A DNA stretch of 64,000 nucleotides from Cyanophora paradoxa CCMP329 (lineage: Eukaryota; Plantae; Glaucophyta). This document shows positions 10,501 through 21,385 of the stretch, piece after piece. Location: assembly GCA_004431415.1 (NCBI GenBank), contig QPMI01000026.1, forward strand, positions 1 to 64,000, read 5' to 3'. Below the pieces are notes generated by a model, which was not told the DNA's origin, did not search any database, and saw only the letters and a list, made by a program, of their open reading frames with translations. The translations under genes and the position numbers were made by a program. Position 1 is the first letter of the stretch, and every line of letters starts with the position of its first letter.

Positions 10501-13398
10501 AATTAAAACACGGTTCGCAAGTCACTGAGTGTATGCGATGTTATTTGTTAATTATAACTGGTTATCTCCAAGCTCGATCGCGAGGTGCCGACATAAAAAG
10601 CAACCTCTCTGCTCAGGCTTTTGATTAAAGCAGTTTGCTGGCGGTCGAATCACATTTATATGTCACTTGTTGGTATAAGTATTTATAGAATTTAATTATC
10701 TCCGCGCCATGAGAAATATAATAGACATCACGCACGTTTTGTTGATGTCGACAATGCCGGAGCTGTTCACGGTAAAACATTTTGCATTCGAGCTATCGCC
10801 GGTGTCCGACGACTGCAGAATAGCCATGGAAGGGTACTTATCGTAATGGCATCTGCAAGTGCGGCCCCAAGCCGGAACTCGAGTCAGATGCCGAAGCAGG
10901 TGCAGAAGCTTGAATCTAGAAAAGATCTAGACAGCCATGCAGGCCGCGATTGTTTGGAGCCTGGGTCACTCACGCTTTCCAGAAATTGTCTCCGACAAAC
11001 TCTGTCGCGATGACCTTGTTTCCAGTGCATTCAGGCCCCTGCGCGCGGGCGCGAATTAGCTTGGGTCTGGATGTACAAATGCAAGCCCACGAGGAAAGGC
11101 GAATGCGGGAGAGGTTTCATATACCGTAAAGCATGCCATGGTTTTGTCTCCTGCATTCCAAAAGTTAGCCCAAGTATCGAGCCACTCACGCACGCGTGTA
11201 AGATAATTTGGAAGGCGGCATGACGTCTACACGCACCCCTGTCGACCTCAATGAAGCCGCGAGTGGTATCCTTAAACATTGGATATCTCCATTCCATGCT
11301 GCGTAGATCCCAGCCTCGAGCTCAGCCTCGATGACACGCGCTTACGAGCTCTACTTTACTTTCCGAAGCTCGCTTTCATGTTCAACGGCTCACGTTCTAT
11401 TAGCGTCGACCTCGCCAGCGCCGTCGGCGGCCGAACTAATATTGTAGCAAATAGCTTCTTCGCTGTATCCCCCGCTCCACGGCTTTCGCATAGCCACGGA
11501 CGAGTAACCAGAAGCTCGGCATCTGCGCGGCCCAGATCGCGAGCGTCATGTACCGTAGTACAAATGCATGCCGATCCCCCTGGGAATATTGATCCTGCAG
11601 GTCTAGATCTATAAGAACGCATCAATAGCATGTAGTCTGAACATGTACAATAGCCCAAGAGGCCAAGAGATCTAGAGCATGCGATATTATTGATGCATAT
11701 GCGAGATGCAGAGCGAGTCACCAAGTAATTATAATGTGATCTAAGAAACTCGAAAATTCTGGCAGCGGCAGCTGCACGGCTCTACTTCTATGTATAATCA
11801 AAAGTGTAAAGCCGCAGCTGCACTGCGCGGCAGGTTCGCGAACATGACTGTTACTCACGCTTTCCAAAAATCACTGCCCACGCCTTGAGTTTCAAATTCC
11901 TTGCTTCCAGTGCAATTCGGCCCCTGCGAATGCGAGGGGAATATCAATTGCACGCTTTGAAGATCCGCTGGCAAGGAGTCCGGTTCGAAAGCTGGAACTA
12001 TCTAAAGAAGTCGACGTCGAAGCAGATCGATTGCGAGACACACCGTGAAGCAGGCCGTCATATACTATTATTATATGTATTCGTGAACGCTCTAATTAAT
12101 TAAATTACACTTATGAGGTCCGCTGAAGTTGTTTAAAAGAAGCAGATCGAAACACACCTTGAAGCAGGCCTTCATAGCGATGCCTGCGTGCGAAAATTCG
12201 CTCCAACATAAGTCCTTCTGTGTATGGAGGGGCTAGGGCTCGGGCAGCTATCCGAAGCTCAGTCGATACTATTTTTTGACGCGTACCCCTCTCGATCTTG
12301 ACCCCGCCAAGAATGGAATCCCAGAGGACTCTGCGCCGCGATCAGCTACTCCTGAAGTCCTCGTGACCCCAGCCTCATGGTCAGGCTCAGGTGATTGAGC
12401 GGGCTATAGAGCTATATATATGAATGCGAATTCCGAAAGTGCGCGGCTCACTCTCTTTGACTTGCGACTTGCCCATAGCCGTTTACATTGTCGCAACTGA
12501 CCTCTCCAGAGCTGTTGACATTGAAGCAAAGGCCTTTCGGCCCATGTAATTTCAAAGCCAAGCTTTTGTGACCATTGCCCCGGCATCTGTCGACCCAAGT
12601 GCACAGCGGGAGTCATGGTCGACGTCAGTTGCGGCAAAGAAATAGCATCTCGAATACTAATTTTAGCACGAGCAAGCAATTGCATGTCCCAGGCCCCAGG
12701 CTAGCGCTATAACACAACAGTAACGCCCAGACTGTTACATTCTTCTCAATGTCACTCACGCCTTCCAGAAGTCATCGCCGACTTCGCTGGTCTCAAGAAC
12801 TTTGTCTCCGGTACAGTCTGGTCCCTGCGCACGCGCGCGCGCAGAAGCGTCAGCCGCTGTTAACTCGGAATCGAATGTGGACCCAAGCTCTCCGACGTAA
12901 ATCCGCAAGTCTAAACTCTGAAGTTAATTATATAAATATAATCCGCATGCATATGCGCATGCGGAATCGAAGCCTTGAAAGTGTCACAGTGTGCAGGTAT
13001 ACGTACGCATACGTATGCGTACACTGCACTACGGTGGACCGTCTGACTTTGAAGCTACTGAATTCGAAGATCGAACAACTAATACATATATATGGACTGA
13101 GAAAATCGAGATACCGTGAAGCACGCCTTGGTAGAGCCGCCTGCCGGCGCCGATCGCGCAGATCAACGATATGCATATGTATGTCCGTTTCGAGACCGGC
13201 GCCTACAGAGGAAGCTATAGGGCTCCAGCACTTTCAAAGCTTACAGTTGCAGCTGCAGCGATCCGATGATGGCATGCATATATATGATCACGCGTACGTA
13301 TATATATATGTATTGCGCGGCACACGCGTGCACGCACCCTTCAACACGGTAACTCCGCCGACCACCTTGGTTGCCGGTTTCGATGGCTTCGGGCCCAT
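7515..13398 (-). CDS. Uncharacterised multi-exon protein with six tandem ~85-aa, 4-Cys domains, copy 1
   Basis: Repeated 4-exon module with constant intron phases: VPWx(n)GGVEIERG / xxxKACFx / GPxCTGxKxxETxGVGxDFWKA / CxxNGYxSxA...CFxVxSSGxVD. Starts MGPKPSK; acidic tail ends AVGLEC*. The exon at 12760-12825 differs from copy 2 only synonymously (CCA/CCG, ACC/ACT, GTT/GTG). Confidence 0.85.
9407..9476 (+). mobile_element. 70-bp 5'-truncated copy of the same retroposon, in an intron
   Basis: Matches the 3' end of 6964-7200 and has an A tail. 20-bp TSD CTTCTATGTATGTAAATGTA (9381-9400, 9477-9496). Absent at the paralogous site ~40135. Confidence 0.88.
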
Positions 13399-14120
13399 TC
13401 CGTATCTGAAGCGCCCCGGCCCGAAGTAAAAACCTTGTACAATTATATCGGCGACATCGACGGTACCGCCCGGGCCGGCGGTATCTATAGGCTGCGGCTC
13501 CGGCGGTAGCTAACGTCAGGCACAGCTAGCTATAGCAAAGCGCACCGCCGAACTCGAAATGCGCGCGTACTACGGTACGATTGCGACCTGCACGTCGACA
13601 GTCGACGTCTAAACTTCCTGCTGCCCGGGCGGCCGCAGCCTTGCAGTGCCGACACTGCCGACTCGGGGAGACACTGACAGCCGCTGACTCAGTGACTCAG
13701 TGAGCGGCTGGACCTCACAGCTCACTGTCAGACTCTCAGAGTCTGAGAGTCACTGAGTCATGCATATATGATCACTGATTCAGTGCCACGGTGAGTGCCA
13801 CGGTGCATCCTCATGATCACGTCACGGCGTGCACTGCCACTGCGGCACCGTGCATCACGGTGCATGCCACTGCATGGCCCGGGGCCGTGGGCCGTGGCCC
13901 GTAGACTGGCACTGGCCCGTGGGCCGCGCACGTGGCGAGCTCGACTCCGCTGCTCGAGGCCTCTACCGGTATACACCGTAGTACGTAGGGCCCGGGCCCC
14001 GGGCCGCCCGGCCGACCGGCTCGAGCCGCCGGGCCGGACTCCCGGGAGGGGCCCGCCCGGAGGGCCGGGCCCGGGAGTCGGGCCGGGACCGTCGGACTGC
14101 TCAGGATCCGGAGTCAGGAC

Positions 14121-14639
14121 CAGTGCTGAGTAAAATTTACTCCCCAAAAATTGGCATGGCCTGAAAACTTTCTGCAAGCTTTGGAAAATTATGTGCAAAT
14201 ATTTGCGCCATTGAAAACATTCCGAGCACCGCAAAAGCACTGTATCTCGTAGCAAATAAGCGTCTAAACGAGAGATATGGGCTCTACAATGATACCTGTG
14301 CGTTTAGATTCAAAATACGCAAGCGTTATGTCTTGTTTTGGCCTTCTTTTCAGAGTCGCCGAGAGGGGGGTACCCATCTTAATGAAGCGACCTTCGCCCT
14401 CCTGACGCCCATGTAGCTCTTTCACCTCTAAAACTATGTCAGAACCGATCGCGATGGGAATGCCGCGAGCAGCCGATAGACCTTGCTCGTAATTGGCGGT
14501 GGGGTGGGGTGCGGAGGGGGGGTCAAGTGCAAATTTACTGAAAGTTTTCTATGGTTGCCGGCGGGGATGAAAATTAACTGAAAGTTTGCAAGAAATTTTT
14601 CAACTGAAAGTTTGCCCAGCGCAAAGATACGCAGCACTG
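14121..14639. mobile_element. Non-autonomous hAT-type MITE
   Basis: 8-bp TSD GTCAGGAC (14113-14120, 14640-14647); TIRs CAGTGCTGAGTA...TACGCAGCACTG; subterminal CTGAAAGTTT repeats. Confidence 0.88.
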
Positions 14640-15191
14640 GTCAGGACTCAGGAGTCAGGACTCAGGAGTTACTGAGTTACTAGTAGGACAACTTAGGAGT
14701 CTTTACTTAAGTAACTTAGGACTCTTAGGAGTCTTCTTTTGAACTTAGGAGAAGTTAGGACTGCGCATATGCTCAGTGCCGCAGTGCTGTCCACGCGAGC
14801 TAGCGAGCAAGCCGGTCGCGAGCAAGCCGGCTCGACGGGAGCGGCGCGGCGCGGACGGCTAGCGCTTGAGCCGCGTGGGCCCGGGGGTTTTGTTATAATT
14901 AGGGGCGAGCCGCGGCCGGCTTCAATGCTGGCTCAGCGGCTAGTAGCGCCGGCTAGCTATTTAATATAGCTTTATAGAATTCCATTCGAATTTCGAATTC
15001 AATATTGTACAAGGCAATTTCCCCGGGACCCTGAGTCGGTCACACGTCGCTGAGTCAGTGCGCATGCGCATGCCGGCATGCGCAGTGCCCGGCACACTTA
15101 AGCTTCGAGCCGCGAGTCCCGCGACTCCCGGGTCCCCCGGGTCCTGGAGTCCGACGGTCAGGGAGTCATGATCAGGGGGCGGCACTGCCAG

Positions 15192-15703
15192 TAGGGTTGC
15201 CGCTGCACGTGAAGTTTCACAAGCCCGGGGTGAAACTGAAACTACCGTGAAACTTCACACGTTTCACGTGAAGTTCCACTATTTTTGCATGTTTCACTAC
15301 ACACGCTTGCGAGATTTGCCCTCCAAACGACTCAAAAGCGTGCGTAGAAGCCTCCTGGACTGTTGTAGATGTTTTGTAAATGTGAGCTCTGCTAAGATAT
15401 GCGAGATTTGGAGGGAGAAGTACTGCTGCCATTTGGGGGTACACCCACATGTGGGCCAACCAAGTGCGAGAGTGACCCTTTTCTGCTGTCAGATAAGCAT
15501 AAAATGAGTTTACAGGCTGGAGGTACTGTTTAAGACCTTGAACCGCTGCCGCTTCCGCCTTCAGCGCGAGGGGCTCCAGCAAGAAGTTTTGTATGGGAGC
15601 CTGAAGTTCACGTGTAGTTTCAGCAGGCCTGGTGAAACTGAAACTGAAACTTCACTGAAGTAGTAAAGTTTACGCGATGTGAAACTTCACCACGGCAACC
15701 CTC
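15192..15703. mobile_element. Non-autonomous hAT-like MITE (no TSD found)
   Basis: TIRs AGGGTTGCCG...CGGCAACCCT, each followed inward by GTGAAGTTTCACA; many GTGAAAC/GTTTCAC subterminal motifs at both ends. Confidence 0.72.
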
Positions 15704-15797
15704 TCAGGGGCCGAGTTCTCATCATCATGGCATCCCCTGGCATCCGATCGATTCCGATGATCCGATGATCAGCCTGCCAGGCTGGCAGGCCTGAGGG

Positions 15798-16290
15798 CAG
15801 GGATGTTATTGGGGGTCCCCCGAGGGTCCAAAAATTATGGCGATAATTTTTGCCTTGTATGTATAATTTATGGAAAATTATGGGAAAAATTATGCCATAC
15901 AAAGCGGAAAAGTTTCGTCGCTCAGCCTTGTTTCGTTGCTCAGAAGCATTATATACATGTTAGAGTGCTTTATTGACTCTCAGAGATATGTCCTGGGCCG
16001 CTAATGACGCTCTGGAGCAAGGATGCATATGGCTGGGTGACAGATGGGGGTAGGGGCTCTTAGAGGGGGGAAGAGGCGCCGACGCACCTCGCATTCAGCA
16101 CCCGCAAAGCAGCCTTATTTGCTTTCAATACACAGTAGATCTATCTTATAACGTTTAAAGGCGACAGGGGGGTGTCCTCTAAAAATTTTCTATAAATTAT
16201 GGATGGCCGAAACGGGGGGCAAAAATTATCCCATAATGTTTCGAAAAATTATGGAATACTTTTTCCATAATTTATGGGCGGCGAACCCTG
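15798..16290. mobile_element. Non-autonomous hAT-type MITE
   Basis: 8-bp TSD CCTGAGGG (15790-15797, 16291-16298); termini CAGGG...CCCTG; AAAATTATGG subterminal repeats at both ends. Confidence 0.82.
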
Positions 16291-16872
16291 CCTGAGGGGT
16301 CGGCCGCGGGCCCGCTGCCGACTTCAAGATCAGAGCCTGCAGCCGCTGACTCGGCGCTGAGCTGGCGTCGCCGCCGTCGGGCCGTCGACGGCAGGGCCGG
16401 GCAGGCCCGCAGGCTAGCCTAGCTATAGTAGCTAGCTGGCGAACTTCGGAAGATTTAAATTGGGGGGCCAATTGCACTGCGGCAATTTGCAAACATCTCT
16501 CGCGGCTACTAGCACCCTGGTTTAGGTACTCAGTACGCAAGAGGGGATACTAGTCCAACGTTTTTAATTTTTCAACGGAGCGTCGGATCCGGATCCGGAT
16601 CCGGACTCCGGAGTACGGACAGTCCGACTCGGATTCGACCGGGACAGTGCACCCGGAGACCGTGCGCATATGCATCATGGCATGCGCACGTGCCGCCGGC
16701 CCGCCGGGCGCCGCCGCCGCGCGGCGCGGCTCGCCGCCGGCGCCGCTGTACATCACAGATTAATATTCACAGTACCGTACATGTGCCGGTCACCGGGTCC
16801 ACTGCCGGACTCCCGCCCGGACTCCCGGGAGTCCATCATGGCATCGACTCGCCGAGTCGGCGATATCATATC

Positions 16873-16908
<36 letters not shown>
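16873..16908. repeat. (ATG)n microsatellite
   Basis: About 12 perfect ATG units. Confidence 0.95.
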
Positions 16909-17381
16909 CGCACTGCGGTATTCATGATGATGCATATGATTCGACTCTCCAATGGGTCTTCAATGAGTCTTTATTGACTCTCCTGTAAGGTTCAGCACTA
17001 AATCAGAATGCGCAGCCGGGGGATGGCGATTAGAAGGGAGGGAGAGCCATTTTTCATGAGGGTCGCGCAGGCCGTTTGTACTGCACAATGCACATGCTGC
17101 ACACGCCGTCGAGCTCGCTGTCGCTCCCCCGTCAAGGCCCGTACTACCCCTTTCCTTTCTTCCAGACGAGTACCCGTGCCCTCGTGCCCTCCGTATCCTC
17201 TCCGGCCCCGGCCCCCACCACCCGCCGCCCCCACCACCTCCGTCTCCTTCCTCGTGCCCGGCCTCCTCTCCTCTCGTCTCTCGCTTCGAGGGCGAGCGGC
17301 GCCCCGCCCGCCGCCCCCGCCGCTGCCCGCCCTTCCCTCCTCGTTGCCGCCGCCGCGCCCGCGCGCCAGCCGCGGGAGGCG

Positions 17382-17530
17382 GGGACGGAGGCGGGAGGCG
17401 GGGACGGAGGCGGGAGGCGGGGACGGAGGCGGTGCGGCTGCTGGGGCGGGCGGGAGGCGGGGACGGAGGCGGTGCGGCTGCTGGGGCGGGCGGAGGCGGG
17501 GACGGAGGCGGTGCGGCTGCTGGGGCGGGC
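17382..17530. repeat. GC-rich minisatellite
   Basis: Interleaved units GCGGGAGGCGGGGACGGAG and GCGGTGCGGCTGCTGGGGCGG. Confidence 0.85.
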
Positions 17531-18378
17531 GAGGAGTGCTTCAAGGCGTGCAGCGACCTGAAGGAGGCCGCGGGCGTAGGCAGCGAGGCGGCGCACGGCC
17601 CGCTCGAGGGCCGCCAGCAGCGCCCCGCGTCCGCCACCGGGTCACGGCGAGGCCGCTCGGCCGCGCGCCGCCACCCCGCGCCGCCGCCGGCCCTTCCCTC
17701 CTCTCGTAGCGCGAGCGGCCCCGCGCCGCGCGCCGCCGCCCGCGCCGCCCCGGCCTCCTCTAGATCTCCTCTCGTTTCCCTCTTCGAGCGCCAGCGGCCG
17801 CGCGCCGCCCGCCGCCCCGCGCCGCCGCCTGCCCTTCCCTCCTCGCCGCCTTTTCGCACAGGAGGCGGCGGCGGCCATGTCGATGCGGTGGCTGCCTCGA
17901 GAACCTTAGGGTCCTCGCAAGCGTGGCGTCGTGGGGTCGGCCGTGCAGCGCAGCCCCAGACCCATCCAGGTCCAGCTCCCCGCGTCCCTCGTCTCAGCGC
18001 CCCTCTTGCTACCCTTAGCCCCGCGCAGTGGTCAACGCGACGGAGCCAGCCGGCCCATATGCATCCCTCGCCGACTCGGCGAGTTCGTAGACACCGCGGG
18101 TATGCATTCCTCCAGGACGTCGCAGACACCGCGGGTATCCTCCCGGACCTGACCCCCCCGCAGGTCGCCGTGGCTCTTCACGCCGCGCAGTCCCTGCTCC
18201 AGCAGCGGCCCTCGACATCCCGGGTCCGTACCCGTACCCCACCCTGCTTCTGCCACCCTAGGCCTGCTGAACGCTCGCAGGGCTCGGAAGCCTGACGCTG
18301 CATCATCCTCGTCCTCCGCCCCTCCGTACGCGTCCGCACACACACACCCACACACCACACACCCACACACACCCGCAG

Positions 18379-19730
18379 GAACTTCATGATGGTGACGGAG
18401 TTCGGGCAGATCTAGAGCGCCGACGACCTCCGCCGCCCTCGGGCCTGGATGGTAGGCGATGGGGCGCGGGCGCGGGCGAGGGCGAGGGCGAGGGCGAGGG
18501 CGGGAGCTAGGGCGAGATGAATTAGATCGGAGCTCCCCGCACGGCTCAAGCTCGGCCCGCTGAGCTCGGCGGCTCTTAGTTTAACTAGCGAATGAATTCG
18601 AGCCCGCCCCGCTCAAGGTGGACGTCTCTCGCTGACCCGGCGGGCCCGGCCCGGTCCGCCCGCGCGCAGGCGATGGCGGTCTCCTGCGGCCTCTTCTTCC
18701 TCGGCTCCTCCCCTCCTGGCCAGCCCGTACCCCGCCCCTCCTAATAATTATTTAGGCTTCTGCGCAAGATACTTCGCCGGCGCCTGCGCAATAAGCCCCT
18801 GCGACCCCCTCCTCTCAACCCCTCCCCCCCCCCTGCGCCCCTCCCTATATCCCCCCTCCCACCCCTCCACCTCCCACCCCCTCCACCCTCCCACCCTCCC
18901 TTATTATATTCCCTCCTTCCTTGAGGGCGGGCGGCCTCCCCCTCCCTCGCCCCCCCACCCCCCTAAACCCCCACCCCCTTCAACCCCCTCCCCCTTCAAC
19001 CCCCCCCCGGCCCCCCCTCAGGCTGCCGGCGGCCTTCGTGAGCGGCCCGCGGGAGCTCATCGTCGCGGCCTCCGTCCTCTGCTTCTCCTCCCTCTTCGCC
19101 GTCGGGTGAGCGAGCGGCCGCGATTTGATCTAAGCTGGGGCCGGGCCCGCCTGATACGCTTCTGCGTAAATCACTTTGATAATTAAGCTCCAAGCTCTTC
19201 GTCCCGAAATTACTTTAATAAACAAGTTTATAAGCCCCCCTCTTTGCCGTCGGGTGAGCGAAGTACTAGTTCCGGCTCCGGATCCGCCGTCCGACCCGCC
19301 TGCAGCTGCCAGGCCGATCCTTTAAGCCATCCGCCCCGAAATATACTTTGATAAGCCTACATATAAAACGGACGGTATCTTGATAAGCCTTTTGATAAGC
19401 TTCGGAGTGAGCCTCTGAGCGGCCGCGATTTAAGCTGGGCCGGCCCGCCTTCCGCCTGCCCGATAAGCTTCTGCGTTTAATAATACTTTGATAAGCTTAT
19501 ATATAAGCCCTCCGTCCTAAAGGCTTCAACCCCAAAGCTCCGCCGTCCTACCCGCCCGCCTGACCCGCGGCCGCCCCGCCCCGCACGGTGCCGTCAAGGG
19601 GCGGGCGACGCGCTCGGGGGCGCTGGCCTCGGGACTCGAGAACGTGGTCCTCGGCGGGCTCGGCGCCGCCCTCTGCTACGGCGTCGGCGCCCTCGCCGAC
19701 TCGGGGGGCGGCCCCGTCGTGCACGCGTAG
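18379..19730 (+). pseudogene. VIT1: VIT1/CCC1 copy C: last four exons only, disabled
   Basis: Homologous to exons 9-12 of copy A. In-frame TAG created by a 6-nt insertion (18408-18416), 1-bp deletion at ~18705, last acceptor CAG changed to CGG at ~19586. Confidence 0.88.
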
Positions 19731-21385
19731 TCGGAGCGGATGCTCATTATTATGTGAGCCACTAGGGCTCTAGATCTAGCTATATATATATAGATTACGA
19801 CATGTCCATATGCATGGCCCAAATGCATATGCATGGCCATGGACCCCAATCGCGCCCCGCGCCCAGCCCGCCCATATGCATTTATAATTAAATTACTAGT
19901 TATTAAACAACCGAGTCCCTGCGGAGCAGGAGTGGCCTTGGGTCTTGGGGTTTCAAGACGTGAGGGTGGCCGCTCTTTGTTTTAAAACGGGGTCCCGCAA
20001 CCGCGCGCGGTTACTGTTGAGAGGACTATGCCGCCTATAGCTAGAATAGCTATGTAGTAGCGGCGCCTGCCAGGGGCTGCTGGCGCCGGCGGCGAGCCTG
20101 GCGCGGCCGGCGCGCGCCGGCGTCCGACGGTCGCGGCGATCGATCGCGATCACGTCGGCGCCGGAGCTATAGCGCTAGCGCTCGATCGATCGTTGATCGC
20201 GATCGTTTGCGAAGCGACGCGCGGCGATTCTGCCGGCGAAGCGCCTAGTGACTCCAGCCTTCCGAAAGTTCCAGCCGGGTGACTCCAGCCTTCCAGCCGG
20301 GGTTCAAGGGGAAGCAAGCTGGAACCAATGACAATCGCGCTTGTCCGTGAATGGGTGAATTGACTTTTTGTGCCAATGGCGATCGGGCTTAACGCGAACA
20401 ATTTCGTTCGTACGTGCTGTTAGTGCTTGTTAGAGGTGTCACATTTGAAAAGTAGCGCCGCCATCGTGCTCCCTAGGGTCGAAAATGGGTACCTAGGTCT
20501 AAAAATTTTGTCTATAAAATCAAGTTGAAGTTTGCCACAAGATAGGCACAGACCTAAGGGCCTCTCCTTTCCCCAAGGCCGATTTCAAGTATGTGAACGC
20601 GCACGTTACATAACGTTTGTGAGCGCGACCCGGCCCGGTATACGTAACCGTCGGACCCCTATTCGAACTTCGGAATTCTATGCGCATGCGCATGTGCGCC
20701 TGCATGCAGCTGCCGCAGTGCAGCTGATCATGATCATGACCGTCGGACTTGTGCACGTGACTCAGTGATTACTAAGTTAATAGATGATTTCATCTCGGGA
20801 TTTCATGATCATCTATATAGCGGTCCTCGAGCTCTAGATCGCCGGCACCGTGGCACGCGCGCCCCTGGCCTATACGTATATACGTACGCGTTTTAAATTC
20901 GTATACGTGTACATTTAACCAGCTCGGCCGCGCCGAGGGGGTACGCATACGCCAGGAAAAGGGTACGACGTGATCATTCACTTGGCTCAGGCGCGCGCCG
21001 GCTTGCGCTCGAGCTTGCAGCCCGCGAACGCTACGTGTACAGTATCAGCAGCTCGGCGAGCGTGTCGAGCATAGCGCGTCGGTGACGAACTGTCCAGTTG
21101 GCCAGTCGCGGCAGGGAGAGTTACCCCAAGTGTCGATCCGACGCGCGCGGTGCGCACCTTTTGTTTCGCCTCCTGATATCGTCTTAAGCTCCTGCATCCA
21201 CTCTGACGCAGCGGGACGCGCCAGGATAGCAAGATTCCCACACGCTAGCGCTTACCAGGCCAGCGCGCGAATTTGCAGCTCGAGACGCGCGGTGCCATTC
21301 GCAAGAGCCCAGCAGCCGCATCTGCACCTGGCCTTCGGCATCTAAAGCTCTACTGCTTTCCTCCAGCATCGTGGCGCCAGCAGCA

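Larger units (their letters stand above)
5860..16983 (+). repeat. Segmental duplication, copy 1 (paralogue at ~34676-45250)
   Basis: Collinear similarity from cggccctcgg (5861/34677) to ~13650/44163. After a MITE cluster it resumes: 16449-16554 matches 44746-44830, and 16845-16983 matches 45090-45250. Confidence 0.9.

Noticed and set aside
12368-12403. Putative extra small exon PLNHLSLTMRLG in the repeat gene
   Set aside because: Homologous to branch-point-containing intron sequence of another repeat (~11305-11335); the flanking exons join in frame without it.
14690-14762. TTAGGA words resembling telomeric repeats
   Set aside because: Irregularly spaced and within the footprint-like scar field.
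16960-18295. 389-aa and 287-aa ORFs
   Set aside because: Built on a minisatellite and GC-rich sequence; no supportable product or splice model.
18336-18374. C1-3A tract resembling budding-yeast telomere repeats
   Set aside because: Short, located in the C-rich acceptor region of an intron, and consistent with a degenerate (CA)n.
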